From positions 1-64,000 of IMG/VR virus record IMGVR_UViG_2934336660_000001: a stretch of DNA of 64,000 nt; one strand, 5' to 3'. Positions 1 to 9,029 of the stretch are shown here, one piece after another; positions within the stretch are counted from its first letter, which is position 1, and every line of letters starts with the position of its first letter. This DNA is from a virus. Its lineage: Duplodnaviria > Caudoviricetes. The notes below the pieces were generated by a model that was not told the DNA's origin, did no database searches, and saw only the letters and a program-made list of their open reading frames with translations. The translations under genes were made by a program, and so were the position numbers.

Positions 1-340
1 GCCGCCGCCTTGGTTTCGTCCTTGGGGAAGACCTTCGCCAGGGCGGTCTGAAGCGCCTCGTACTTCTCGCCTTCCATGGCACCTTCGCCGACGTGCCAGA
101 ACAGCGCGCCGTGAATCAGCGCCTCGGTCTCTGGCTTGCTGAGCTTGAGTAAGGGCCAGTGGTGCTCGGCGGGCAGCAGCCCGGCGTGGGTGATGGCGTC
201 CACCGCCATGAAGGCGAATCGCTCCGCCTCCTGGGCGGAGACACCGAGCAGCATGATCCCCTTGCGGGCCTCGGCCACCGCCGTGTAGCTACTCCAGTTG
301 ATCAGATCGCCATCACCGGTGGTCGGTGTGAACTGGCTCA
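1..340 (-). CDS. Hypothetical protein, runs off the left edge (MSQFTPTTGDGDLINWSS...)
   Basis: ATG at 340 preceded by purine-rich GGAGAGGAAGG; open to the window edge. Confidence 0.6.
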
Positions 341-681
341 TCTCACCCTTCCTCTCCTTGATCGTTCGTGGGGTTCATAACGGGGGCTTATGGACCTACT
401 GCCCGTGTGTGTTCGGCGAGGGTGTGGAGGTAGGCGGCGACCTGCCGGGCGAGCTGGTCACCCGGCACGGTCCGCACGACGAGGTCAGTCACGGCGCGCT
501 CGCTCGGCGTTCATTGCGGCAACGATGGTCGGGAGCATGTCGACCGGAACATCGGCAAGAGTGCGCAGGGTCGTAGCGGATCCGGCCTCGAAGCCGTCGA
601 GCCACAGGTCGAGGTCGGCACGGGTGTGGATGCCCGACCGAGCGGTGCGGTCGTCCGGCTCGAACCCGGTGGCCGGGCCTG

Positions 682-999
682 TCACCGCTGCCGTCCGGCC
701 TGCCGACGCGCCAGCGGGGGCGGGTTGAGACTGCGGAACGTGCCGTCCGGGTTTAGCGCCCACATCCGCCAGAAGTTGCCGACGACGCCTCGGTTGGTGG
801 TTGCGAACAGCGCTCGCTCCTCGGCGGTTTCCAACTGCACCTGACCGGGCTTCACGATCCCGTGGCCGCCCGCCTCATCGGTGTAGTCGACCGAGATCCA
901 GTCGTTCGCGAACTGTCGTGGCCGTGCGGTGCGGCCTCGGCTCTTACCTCGGATGATCAGCATTAGCCTCTCCTTGATCGTCTTGGTCTCTGTGGACAT
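682..999 (-). CDS. Hypothetical phage protein
   Basis: ATG at 999 (MSTETKTIKERL...), coding-like composition, part of an overlapping minus-strand gene string. Confidence 0.55.
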   Translation of the reverse strand: MSTETKTIKERLMLIIRGKSRGRTARPRQFANDWISVDYTDEAGGHGIVKPGQVQLETAEERALFATTNRGVVGNFWRMWALNPDGTFRSLNPPPLARRQAGRQR

Positions 1000-1251
1000 C
1001 GTCAAATGGGAGTTATCGCGATGCAGGGACGGGCGGGCCGTCGGCTTGCTCGATCGCCTCACGCAGCGAGATCCGCTCGGCGGGCGGCACAGCAGGTATG
1101 GAACGGTCGCGGCGGATCAGCACCAGTGACCACGTCCGACCGGAGGCGACCTTGCAGAACTTCGCCCCACCTCCGTGAAGGTGGGCGAGCACCGCGATGC
1201 GGCGCACGGGTATCCACCCCTCGAAGGTGTGCCGGCGAAGTCGACGCCAGA

Positions 1252-1686
1252 TCACGAAGCCACCCCCGCGGGCAGGTGCACGTCGCGGGCGGGGATGACG
1301 CCGGTGGGCCGGTACGGGGCCACCACCGGCCCGTCCAGCCACGCAGCCACATCGGCAACCAAGGCATCAACGTCGAAGCAGTGAAGGACACGCACGCCGC
1401 GGTGCTGCGCATACCGCACCTCCGACGCGGTCGCCTCACCCACAATCCCGTCCGGAACCACGGCGATCACCACATCGGAACGGTTCATGGCCGCATAGTG
1501 GCGGGCGGTCAAGTGGCGAATCTGCTCGGCGGTCGCAGGCCGCTCACCCGGCAGTGGTGGGCACGGGGCGTGAACAAGATGCCCAGCCAACGCCAACGCA
1601 CGTTCCACCCGGCGCAGGTCGTGGCCGGCGCGGGCCAGGCTGCCGCACAGGGTGATAGTCAACGGGTTCCTGACGTCGCTGCTCAC
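1252..1686 (-). CDS. Nucleoside 2-deoxyribosyltransferase (NDT)-like fold protein
   Basis: ITLCGS...HYAAMNRSDVVIAVVPDGIVGEATASEVRYA pattern typical of NDT/DUF4406-like proteins. Confidence 0.6.
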   Translation of the reverse strand: MSSDVRNPLTITLCGSLARAGHDLRRVERALALAGHLVHAPCPPLPGERPATAEQIRHLTARHYAAMNRSDVVIAVVPDGIVGEATASEVRYAQHRGVRVLHCFDVDALVADVAAWLDGPVVAPYRPTGVIPARDVHLPAGVAS

Positions 1687-1973
1687 TCGCCATCTCCAAC
1701 GGTCCGAGACAACGACTTGGGGTCAACGTAAGAGTCCGGCAGCCGTTCGCCGTGCTCTGCGAGTAGTCGGGCGGCGTTGGCTTTCCGCCAGCACGGGCAG
1801 TCGGCAAGGTTGTAGTCGGCGCTGCTGCCCTCGAAGTGGCAGGCCGTGTCCTTCTCGATGGCCAGCTTGCACAGGGCGGCCGAGCAGCACACACAGTTCG
1901 GGCACGGCTCGGACGCGGGACGCTCCCAGTGGTGGAAGTCCCCGGCGTTCCAGGTGATCGGGTTGTCGGTCAT
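1683..1973 (-). CDS. Small Cys-rich hypothetical protein
   Basis: CPNCVCCSAALC and CPC motifs; overlaps both neighbours. Confidence 0.6.
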   Translation of the reverse strand: MTDNPITWNAGDFHHWERPASEPCPNCVCCSAALCKLAIEKDTACHFEGSSADYNLADCPCWRKANAARLLAEHGERLPDSYVDPKSLSRTVGDGE

Positions 1974-2155
1974 CGGCGCTCCTCAGGCTCGTTGCGGCAG
2001 GTGGTGGAGCAGAAGTCCCGGCCACCCGGCTGGGCGACCTTCCAGCCGCACTGCTTGGCTCTGCTGCGCACCTGGCCGAAGGTGCCGATGTCGTTGAACG
2101 CGTTGAAGCAGTCCCGACCGTCGCAGGCGACCTCCGTGTACTGGCGGGCGGTCAT
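1970..2155 (-). CDS. Small zinc-finger-like phage protein
   Basis: CDGRDC...GW...DFCSTTC; ATGA overlap. Confidence 0.6.
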   Translation of the reverse strand: MTARQYTEVACDGRDCFNAFNDIGTFGQVRSRAKQCGWKVAQPGGRDFCSTTCRNEPEERR

Positions 2156-2793
2156 CGGCCCGCACCCGCCGAGGTATCCAGCAGGTCACGGGCAGCGGTC
2201 ACGCGGGCGAACGCCTCACCGTCGCCGCCGTGGTCCGGATGGGTCTGTCGAGACGCCTGCCGGAAAGCGGCGCGGCGCACCTCCGCATCCGACAGCACCC
2301 GTTCCGCCGTCACACCCGCATCCGCGTAGCCAGCCAGCAGCCGCGCTGCGTCGTCCGCGGTCATCTGCCCGCTGGGGGAACCCGACGGCAAGGCGGTCCA
2401 TCCACGATATTGCTCACCCGACTTCGACACCCCGTACCGGTCGACCGCCCGCAGTGCCTGCAACGACAAGGCGACCGCGCGCACGTTGGCCTGCCAGTGC
2501 GCGTACTCGTCGGTGGCGTAGGTGAGCGGCCCGTGCTTCGACTCGAACGACACTTTGACGCCGGGGAATCCGACACGCGCGTTGGCGCGGAGCATCCCAT
2601 CGCGACGCAGGTCCGCTGCCGTGACGTCGACTTGGATGACGACTAGGCGGGCACCGAGCAGCAGGGTTTCTTTGGCAATCAGGTCGAGGGTTGCCGACCA
2701 TGGGGCACGGAACGCCGAGCCGGATTGACGGTTGCGGGTGACAGGCCCGGTCCACGGGCCGAGGGGGCGTATCTCGTAGCGCTGGTCTGCCAT
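2152..2793 (-). CDS. Phage J-domain (DnaJ-like) protein
   Basis: C-terminal RQTHPDHGGDGEAFARVTAARDLL with HPD motif; AAGGAG RBS before ATG 2793. Confidence 0.8.
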   Translation of the reverse strand: MADQRYEIRPLGPWTGPVTRNRQSGSAFRAPWSATLDLIAKETLLLGARLVVIQVDVTAADLRRDGMLRANARVGFPGVKVSFESKHGPLTYATDEYAHWQANVRAVALSLQALRAVDRYGVSKSGEQYRGWTALPSGSPSGQMTADDAARLLAGYADAGVTAERVLSDAEVRRAAFRQASRQTHPDHGGDGEAFARVTAARDLLDTSAGAGR

Positions 2794-2864
2794 TGGGTGC
2801 TCCTTCGTGGTCTGGGTGGCTGCCGCTCGCGCCGGACACACGTTCCGGCGCGGCGGTACGCCCC

Positions 2865-3269
2865 TCAGGCCGTGCGGGCGTGCTCCCACGCCTCGTCTTC
2901 GTCCGGGTCAGCCCACCTGACACCACGCTCGGTGCGGTGCAAGCCCTCATGCCCGGCGGGACCAGCGACGCACGGCACGATCGGGTCGTTGTTCAGCGGC
3001 AGCAGTGCGGCATCGCACGGCATGAACAACGGCCGGTCGGACACGGGGAACACCTGCTCCGGGTTGCGGCACACCTGATCCCACGCCATCGGGTCGGAGT
3101 TGTCGTCGTCGAACCAGTGCTCACCCGGTTGCCCACCCCAGCCCTTGGCGGCGTCGTCGTCGCGCCAGAACAGGCGCAGCCGGGTGGAGGCGGTCGGGCC
3201 GTTGTCGACGACGACGCGGGCACGGTCGCCGGGCTCGGGGACGGTGGTGGCGGTCTGCTGGTCGGTCAT
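2865..3269 (-). CDS. Hypothetical protein
   Basis: ATG with GGAG RBS, overlaps the upstream stop. Confidence 0.6.
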   Translation of the reverse strand: MTDQQTATTVPEPGDRARVVVDNGPTASTRLRLFWRDDDAAKGWGGQPGEHWFDDDNSDPMAWDQVCRNPEQVFPVSDRPLFMPCDAALLPLNNDPIVPCVAGPAGHEGLHRTERGVRWADPDEDEAWEHARTA

Positions 3270-3772
3270 GCGTTGCTCCGATCGTGGTTGAGGGCCAGGT
3301 CGTACAGGCGCTGCACCTCGTCAGCCCCCAGACGGGTGTGCGCTTCAGCCCACGTCCCCGCAACTGTTCGGGCGTGACGGCACGCCTCGGCCACGTCCAG
3401 CGCCCTCAGGGTCGGGTGGTCGACGTACCGGGCGGGGTAGTTGTCGCGGGCGTACCCGTAGCCCTCCCGCACCGCCTTCCACACGAACATCAGGGCAGCG
3501 CCCCGGTCCAGGTCCGTCATGTCGTCCCACGACGGCAGGCCAGATGCGTCAAGCCACGGCTTCGGCTCCATGCGACCACCCAGGCAGCGGTTACCGCGCG
3601 GCCCGTGAATGGGCAGCAGGAACCGCTTGTGGGTGATGCCGTACCGGTTTTCGACGGCGGGCTGATCGTGGCGGTCGGTGAGCGGGTGCACCTCGTCGCA
3701 GGTCTTGCAGGCACCCGACCCGAGGGGGATAGGGCGGCAGGTGGGCTGGGTGGTGGTGCCGGTCTCGGTCAT
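3266..3772 (-). CDS. Hypothetical protein with CxxC motif
   Basis: MTETGTTT start with GGAG RBS; CKTC motif. Confidence 0.6.
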   Translation of the reverse strand: MTETGTTTQPTCRPIPLGSGACKTCDEVHPLTDRHDQPAVENRYGITHKRFLLPIHGPRGNRCLGGRMEPKPWLDASGLPSWDDMTDLDRGAALMFVWKAVREGYGYARDNYPARYVDHPTLRALDVAEACRHARTVAGTWAEAHTRLGADEVQRLYDLALNHDRSNA

Positions 3773-4006
3773 GCGGTGTCTCCGTCCGTCGGTTGGGTGC
3801 TGCCTTCGCTGGCGGTCTTGGTCTTCTCGGCGAGTAGGTCGGACAGCCACCGCACTTCCGCGTTGGCCCTGGCCGCAGCCTCTTCCGCCTTCCGCAGGTA
3901 CGCGGCGACGGCTTCCGGTGCTGCGTACTCGGCGAACGCCTTTCGGTTCTTGATCACCGCCACCGGGGAGTCCTCGCTTTCGAGTGGGACGGCAACGAGG
4001 TGCGGG

Positions 4007-4507
4007 TCAGTTGTTGGCAGGCAGGGCCACGGTGGCAATGAGCAGCGGGTGAGGCTGCCACGACACGTGGGCGTGCAAAACCCGACCGACGCCAGACGTG
4101 TCGGCGAACGCGGTCATGTCATTGACGTTGCCGAGCCGCGCGACAAGCTGCACCGTGCGGGCGTCGCTGCCAAGGTCGGCGGCCACATGACGGATCACGT
4201 CATCGGCCGTCCACGTAAACGTCACTGCCATCTGCGCGGCGTCGAACAACGACATCCGCTCGGCCACCTTCGACGCCCAAGCGGGGATGCGAGGGTCGCT
4301 GCGGTCGCGGATCGCATGGTCGGGCATGGGCATGCCCTTCGCCGGTAGACCCGCCTCGGCCCGTGCGGCGGTGGCGTCCACCTTGGCGAGAGTGATCGGT
4401 CCAGCGTTGACCAGCGCCCGGGTGCGCCGCTCGTGACTGGCGTTGGCCCAGTTTTCGGCCAAATTCGCCGTGGCTTCCTCACGGGTCTGTTTGTGGCCAG
4501 GGATCAT
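4007..4507 (-). CDS. Hypothetical protein, first gene of the leftward operon
   Basis: GAAGGAG RBS, divergent from the Phd-like gene. Confidence 0.7.
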   Translation of the reverse strand: MIPGHKQTREEATANLAENWANASHERRTRALVNAGPITLAKVDATAARAEAGLPAKGMPMPDHAIRDRSDPRIPAWASKVAERMSLFDAAQMAVTFTWTADDVIRHVAADLGSDARTVQLVARLGNVNDMTAFADTSGVGRVLHAHVSWQPHPLLIATVALPANN

Positions 4508-4527
4508 GTGTGACTCCTTCGCTGCTT

Positions 4528-4545
4528 GTGTACACCAGTGTACAC
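4528..4545. promoter_or_regulatory. Tandem GTGTACAC palindromes (Phd-type operator)
   Basis: GTGTACAC at 4528-4535 and 4538-4545 between the divergent starts at 4507 and 4573. Confidence 0.7.
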
Positions 4546-4572
4546 TCGTGGACGACAGATAACATCCGTGTC

Positions 4573-4776
4573 ATGGCGAAGAGGGGTAAGTTGACTGCCA
4601 CCGAGAAAAGCGTCCGAGACACGCGAGAGCACCTTGCCGACGTGCTCTATGACGCTGCGGGCGGCAAGGTCACTTACGTCACCAGCAGGGGGCGGCGCAT
4701 CGCTGCCGTCGTTCCACTGACTGTCGCGGATGATGCGGTGAATGAGTCCGGGGACGAAACCCAGTCGCCTACCTGA
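4573..4776 (+). CDS. Phd/YefM-family antitoxin-like DNA-binding protein (no adjacent toxin)
   Basis: SVRDTREHLADVLYDAAGGKVTYVTSRGRRIAAVVP is a Phd-type signature. Confidence 0.8.
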   Translation: MAKRGKLTATEKSVRDTREHLADVLYDAAGGKVTYVTSRGRRIAAVVPLTVADDAVNESGDETQSPT

Positions 4777-4826
4777 CACCGCGACATCCGGATGGCGGGT
4801 GCCCAATGTGTAATCAGCTCACCACC

Positions 4827-5378
4827 ATGGCTGGGGTGAGCAGACTCAACCAGAAGCAGAAGATCGGCCTCGGTGTCGCCGTGCTCGTCGGCCTGTGCTG
4901 CTGCGGCTCCGGCATCGGCAACGCCCTCGGCGGCAACAACCCAGGCGAGCCGAAACCGTCGCCAACCGTGCACGTCGACCAGCTCGTCAACGACGACCCA
5001 ACCCCGTCGGATGAGCAGCCCGAAACGGTGGCCGAGCCGACAACAGCAGCACCCCGCGAGCCCGCACCCAAGCCGTCCCGCAGCAGCAGCCCACCCAAGG
5101 AGCCCTACTACAAGAACTGCGACGCGGTGAGGGCTGCCGGCGCTGACCCCCTGTCTCCGGGTGACCCCGGTTTCCGGCCCGAGCTGGACCGTGACGGGGA
5201 CGGGGAAGCGTGCGAACCGGACGGCGGCAACGGCGACACCGGGCCAGCCCCCGACGGCGACGTGTACTACGCCAACTGCACGGCGGTGAGGGCTGCCGGT
5301 GCGGCACCCATCCGCAAAGGTGACCCCGGCTACTCCCGCAAACTCGACCGGGACGGCGACGGGGTCGGCTGCGAATAG
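4827..5378 (+). CDS. Membrane-anchored/secreted protein with two Excalibur Ca-binding domains
   Basis: N-terminal hydrophobic helix, Pro-rich linker, two YYxNCxAVRAAGA.P...GDPG....LDRDGDGxxCE repeats. Confidence 0.9.
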   Translation: MAGVSRLNQKQKIGLGVAVLVGLCCCGSGIGNALGGNNPGEPKPSPTVHVDQLVNDDPTPSDEQPETVAEPTTAAPREPAPKPSRSSSPPKEPYYKNCDAVRAAGADPLSPGDPGFRPELDRDGDGEACEPDGGNGDTGPAPDGDVYYANCTAVRAAGAAPIRKGDPGYSRKLDRDGDGVGCE

Positions 5379-5390
5379 CCCCCGGGCGCG

Positions 5391-5427
5391 ACAAAGCCCC
5401 AACCTCGATCAGGTTGGGGCTTTCGTC
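5391..5427. terminator. Bidirectional terminator hairpin
   Basis: AAAGCCCCAACCT-cgatc-AGGTTGGGGCTTT between convergent genes. Confidence 0.75.
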
Positions 5428-5433
5428 GCCGGG

Positions 5434-5832
5434 TTAGCGGCGGGCCACGTCCAGGATCGACCCGTAAAACTGGGAGCCGTCAACCAGTTCGACACGCACC
5501 CCGCCCGGTTTCGACGAGCCACCCCACTCCGCGTACGTCTGCACAGTGCGAACACCCGGATGCTGGCCTACCTGCACCACCTGTGCAATGGCCTGCGCCC
5601 AGGACACCGCATCCGTCGGGGCAGCCTGGACCGGCCCTGCCGGGGGTGGGTGCAGCCACCCGCCCACATAGGTGACACCCGACTCGGCTTTAACGAGCTG
5701 CATGCTGGCGGCACCGACGGTCACCCCCACGGGTTTCGGGCCACCGTCGGTTGACCAGCGGGTGACAGTGCCGGCCCACGGCTGGGCGGACAGGGAAGCG
5801 GCCAACCAGCCTTCGAAGTCGCGGACGTTCAC
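5434..5832 (-). CDS. Hypothetical protein coupled to hicB
   Basis: GTG start overlaps the hicB TGA (GTGA); MNVRDFEGWLAASL... Confidence 0.6.
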   Translation of the reverse strand: MNVRDFEGWLAASLSAQPWAGTVTRWSTDGGPKPVGVTVGAASMQLVKAESGVTYVGGWLHPPPAGPVQAAPTDAVSWAQAIAQVVQVGQHPGVRTVQTYAEWGGSSKPGGVRVELVDGSQFYGSILDVARR

Positions 5833-6347
5833 GCCGTACGCCTTCCCGAATCCGACTTTGCCCCCTGGGTTGAGCCTGAGTTCTCCGCCATCGACCACTG
5901 ACCTGAACCGGCGCGCGTCGTCTTGCGCATGCCAACCCGCGGCATCGCTTTACGGGGTGCCACCTGAGAGATGCGTTGGGGTTTAACGCCGATGAGAGCT
6001 GCGGCGTCGCGTACCGACATGGAGTGGCGAGACACCATCTCCTGCGCCAACAGCACCGTCTGCTGCGCTACACGCTGTTCGTCGATGCGAACACGGTCGC
6101 GTAGGGCTCGCAGTTCGGCGGCTGCCTCATCCAACTGCTTGTCCCCGGTGTGGTACTCGTAGGCGAGTCGCAGCGTCGCTTCGGCACCGTTGGGAAGATC
6201 CTCGGTGAGGGCGATGACTTCGCGGACGGCCTGGTCGAGGCCGGGGAGGTTGCGGGCGTAGGTGTGGGTGCCGTCGAGTTCGGGCACGTCGGCTAGCCAT
6301 GCGCCGGCCTCGCGGGTGACAACGACCCGGTATGCGTGTTCGCTCAT
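5829..6347 (-). CDS. hicB: HicB-like antitoxin with C-terminal HTH
   Basis: YRVVVTREAGAWLADVPELDGTHTYARNL N-terminal domain; SVRDAAALIGVKPQRISQV HTH; directly downstream of hicA. Confidence 0.8.
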   Translation of the reverse strand: MSEHAYRVVVTREAGAWLADVPELDGTHTYARNLPGLDQAVREVIALTEDLPNGAEATLRLAYEYHTGDKQLDEAAAELRALRDRVRIDEQRVAQQTVLLAQEMVSRHSMSVRDAAALIGVKPQRISQVAPRKAMPRVGMRKTTRAGSGQWSMAENSGSTQGAKSDSGRRTA

Positions 6348-6565
6348 CGCAGCCAGCCCTCTCCGAAGACGGGTTCCATGTCTTTCTCGATGGCTCGTAG
6401 GGTGCCGTTGGGTATGTCGCCGGGGTGTTGGGCGACGGTGGTTCGGGCGGTCACGGTTTCCCCGTTGTGGGTGGTTGACGCCTCGTAGCGGCGGTGTGAT
6501 CCGCGTTGGCGGGTCTCTTTGCCGCCAAGCTTCTCAATCCGCTGGTTGACTTCGCGCGCCCTCAT
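6344..6565 (-). CDS. hicA: HicA mRNA interferase toxin
   Basis: RQRGSHRRY...HPGDIPNGTLRAIEK HicA signature. Confidence 0.9.
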   Translation of the reverse strand: MRAREVNQRIEKLGGKETRQRGSHRRYEASTTHNGETVTARTTVAQHPGDIPNGTLRAIEKDMEPVFGEGWLR

Positions 6566-6572
6566 ACCGTAT

Positions 6573-6612
6573 AGCCTAGTAAAGCCGCTAGACAAACGTC
6601 AAGCGGCTTTAC
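6573..6612 (-). promoter_or_regulatory. hicAB promoter (TTGACG-18-TAGGCT) overlapped by an 11-bp inverted repeat
   Basis: GTAAAGCCGCT (6579-6589) / AGCGGCTTTAC (6602-6612); -10 lies just upstream of the ATG, suggesting a leaderless transcript. Confidence 0.7.
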
Positions 6613-6926
6613 ACTCGATCGGGCTACGGGGGTGGGTAGCGCAGCTCAGCAGTGCTCCAACGGCAACTGATCTTCGCCGGAATCCGCAGGCCACTCCAAG
6701 ATGACGTGGACGATTGGGTCACCGACGGCCCGCTTGTGCTTGCGCCGGGCGGACTGCTTCGCGGCCAGGATGGTGCTCGCCCGCCGGCTGGCCCACACGT
6801 GGTAGGGCACCATGTACCGGAATCCATCGGTGTCAGTCCTCGTCCCCATCCTGTGATTGTGAGGTCACTGGGCGACGTTTGTCTATTTATTGCGGGTTCG
6901 CGTTCTCGCAAAGACGCTGGTGGCGG

Positions 6927-7451
6927 TCACCGACGCAACCCAAAGCGCGGATGGTTGGGGTCGCAGACTCGGCACCGGCACGGGTCCGACCACACGGCCA
7001 CCTTCCGGCGGTGCCCGTCTTCCACAAGCTGCCGACGGGCCGGGTTGTTCGGGTCGCACCCGGCGCGGGCAAGGTAGGCGAGCGCCGCAGGTTCCCACCA
7101 CGCCAGGTCGTCGGAGTGCGGCTGCCAACCCCACAGCTCCAGCTCACCCAACCATCCGTTGCAGCCGGAGCACAACAGGCCGCGTACACACCGGCCGCAC
7201 GCGCTGCGATGGTCGGGGCAGCACACGTGGTCGTGGTCAACGAACAAGGGGGCAGCGTCCCAGCCGCGCAGGTTCCCCCCACCGCAAATGCCGCACACCC
7301 CTTCTTGGGCGTCACGCAGCTCCCGGTACCGCTCGGGGGTGAGGCGGTGCCGGGTGAGCGCCTTACGGGGCATCTCGGTGGAGCACACGTCGAAGATGCT
7401 CACGTCGGGAAGCTCAAGGACAAAGCGGAACTCGCGCGCGGCGCCGCTCAC
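6927..7451 (-). CDS. Endonuclease VII-family (His-Me finger) nuclease
   Basis: QEGVCGIC...VDHDH...VRGLLCSGCNGWLG. Confidence 0.85.
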   Translation of the reverse strand: MSGAAREFRFVLELPDVSIFDVCSTEMPRKALTRHRLTPERYRELRDAQEGVCGICGGGNLRGWDAAPLFVDHDHVCCPDHRSACGRCVRGLLCSGCNGWLGELELWGWQPHSDDLAWWEPAALAYLARAGCDPNNPARRQLVEDGHRRKVAVWSDPCRCRVCDPNHPRFGLRR

Positions 7452-8086
7452 AGGTGGGCGTTCTCCAACCTCTGCGCGGCCCGGGTGGCTGCCCGAACCT
7501 GGTCGATCAGCATCCTCGCTTCCTCCTCCAACGCGGCCTCCATGGCAGCGCGGCGAGCCGACATGTGCGCCACCAGCAACGCTTCCGCTTTAGCTGGTAA
7601 CCCGGCCTCCAACACGACAGCCACCTCTGGTGTCCCGCCTATGGGCGGTGTCGACAAGTCAACCGGTGTGCCGCCACCGAGGACGCGTTGGATGCTGCCG
7701 GTCTCCCACTGCAATGCCCGTTCCAGCGCGGCGGCAGTGCGGTCATGCAACCGATCCTTGTGGCCGCTCTCGACCTTCGCAACGGTGCGCTGGGAGATGG
7801 GTCCACGCTCGCCGAGCTGCTTTTGGCTGAGGCCAAGCACGATGCGCCGGTTCCGGACGGCGCGGGCAAGGCGGGCCATCGGGCTGGGCTGGTCGGGGAT
7901 CTCTGGTGGGGCGATGGCCACAGCGGGGCAGGGGAACGGCACAGGGGTGAGGGGCCTGCCGTCGGGGCTGTAGGAGCAGCCGCGGCAGATGAGTGCGGTG
8001 GTGTTGGGGAAGTCGTGGGGTATCCACGGGTCGTGGAAGGGTGGAGCGGAGTGGGCGGGTGGGGCGCTGCGGTTCCTGCGGGTCAT
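7448..8086 (-). CDS. XRE-family HTH regulator
   Basis: VRNRRIVLGLSQKQLGERGPISQRTVAKVESG...ALERALQW. Confidence 0.75.
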   Translation of the reverse strand: MTRRNRSAPPAHSAPPFHDPWIPHDFPNTTALICRGCSYSPDGRPLTPVPFPCPAVAIAPPEIPDQPSPMARLARAVRNRRIVLGLSQKQLGERGPISQRTVAKVESGHKDRLHDRTAAALERALQWETGSIQRVLGGGTPVDLSTPPIGGTPEVAVVLEAGLPAKAEALLVAHMSARRAAMEAALEEEARMLIDQVRAATRAAQRLENAHL

Positions 8087-8100
8087 AGGCCACCCCCGAA

Positions 8101-8120
8101 CGTTGGTTGATCAACGAACG
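8101..8120. promoter_or_regulatory. Near-perfect 20-bp palindrome upstream of the XRE gene
   Basis: CGTTGGTTGA/TCAACGAACG, one mismatch. Confidence 0.5.
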
Positions 8121-8164
8121 GCCAGGTTAACGGCTTGCGTGCGGGGGCGACAGGATCGTTCGGG

Positions 8165-9014
8165 TCAGTCGGCGTGGACGGGTCGGTGTAGATCGGGCCG
8201 GTTGCAGCACACATCCCAGCCGGAATGGGCAGGGCAGCATTCGGTGTCGCCCGAGGTGGGGCAGTAGTACGGCGCGCACTTCTTCCGGGTCAGGCCGGCA
8301 GCGCGAATGGCGTCACCAATGGCGGTGACAGCCTTGCCGAGGTTGGTCGCTACGGCGGCGATGGACAAAGCGTCGCGGGGTGACGTCGTCATGCGGCGAG
8401 TCCTTCCCGAATGAGTGGCGTGTCGGCGTGCGCCTTGTCGTTGAAACTGCCGGCGACGATCAGGTAGCCGCATGCCGCGCATTCGAGCACAGCACCGTCG
8501 GGTGGGGCGTCGAACCAGACCAGCGGGCCGGGGCACGGGGCATCGTCGGTCATGTCGTCGCTCCCTTCTCGTAGTCGGCGGCCGATGCCTCCCGGTCGTG
8601 GACGTCGCACACGTACAGCAGGTCGCCTGACGTGCGAGGGCGGCCGAACAGCACGCCATCGGTGGTCACCAGGTAGGTGACCACCGGCATGCGGAGGCAC
8701 TGGTCGGATGCGCACACGCGAGGCTCGTAGCGTTCCTGCTCGAACAGGATTGGTTTCGGGCTCATGGTTCCTCCATGTCAGATGGGTGCGGTGGTGCTGG
8801 CTTTCAGGATTGGCGACGCACCAAACACATGATCAAACACTTCGGTGCAAGCCGGGCATTCCCGGCCGTCATGGTCGCCGCAATCCCCGTCGTCCGGACA
8901 GCCCACCCGTCGTTCCGCCCACTGCTCGACGGGGCTCGACACGCCGCATTCGGGGCATGTCCACGTGTCGGAGGCGGGGGCATCCCACCAGCCCGTGCGG
9001 TCCTCGGCGGTCAC
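8165..9014 (-). other. Cluster of four tiny Cys-rich ORFs (8165-8392, 8389-8553, 8550-8765, 8778-9014)
   Basis: ATGA overlaps, RBSs, CxxC pairs. Confidence 0.6.
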
Positions 9015-9029
9015 GGTGCCTCCGTTCGG

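Noticed and set aside
5101-5375. DNA tandem duplication
   Set aside because: Explained by the two Excalibur protein domains
6714-7973. Long alternative-frame ORFs in the track (e.g. 6714-7973, 37163-38527, 49457-50782, 61745-62911)
   Set aside because: Antisense or frame shadows of real genes, expected in GC-rich DNA
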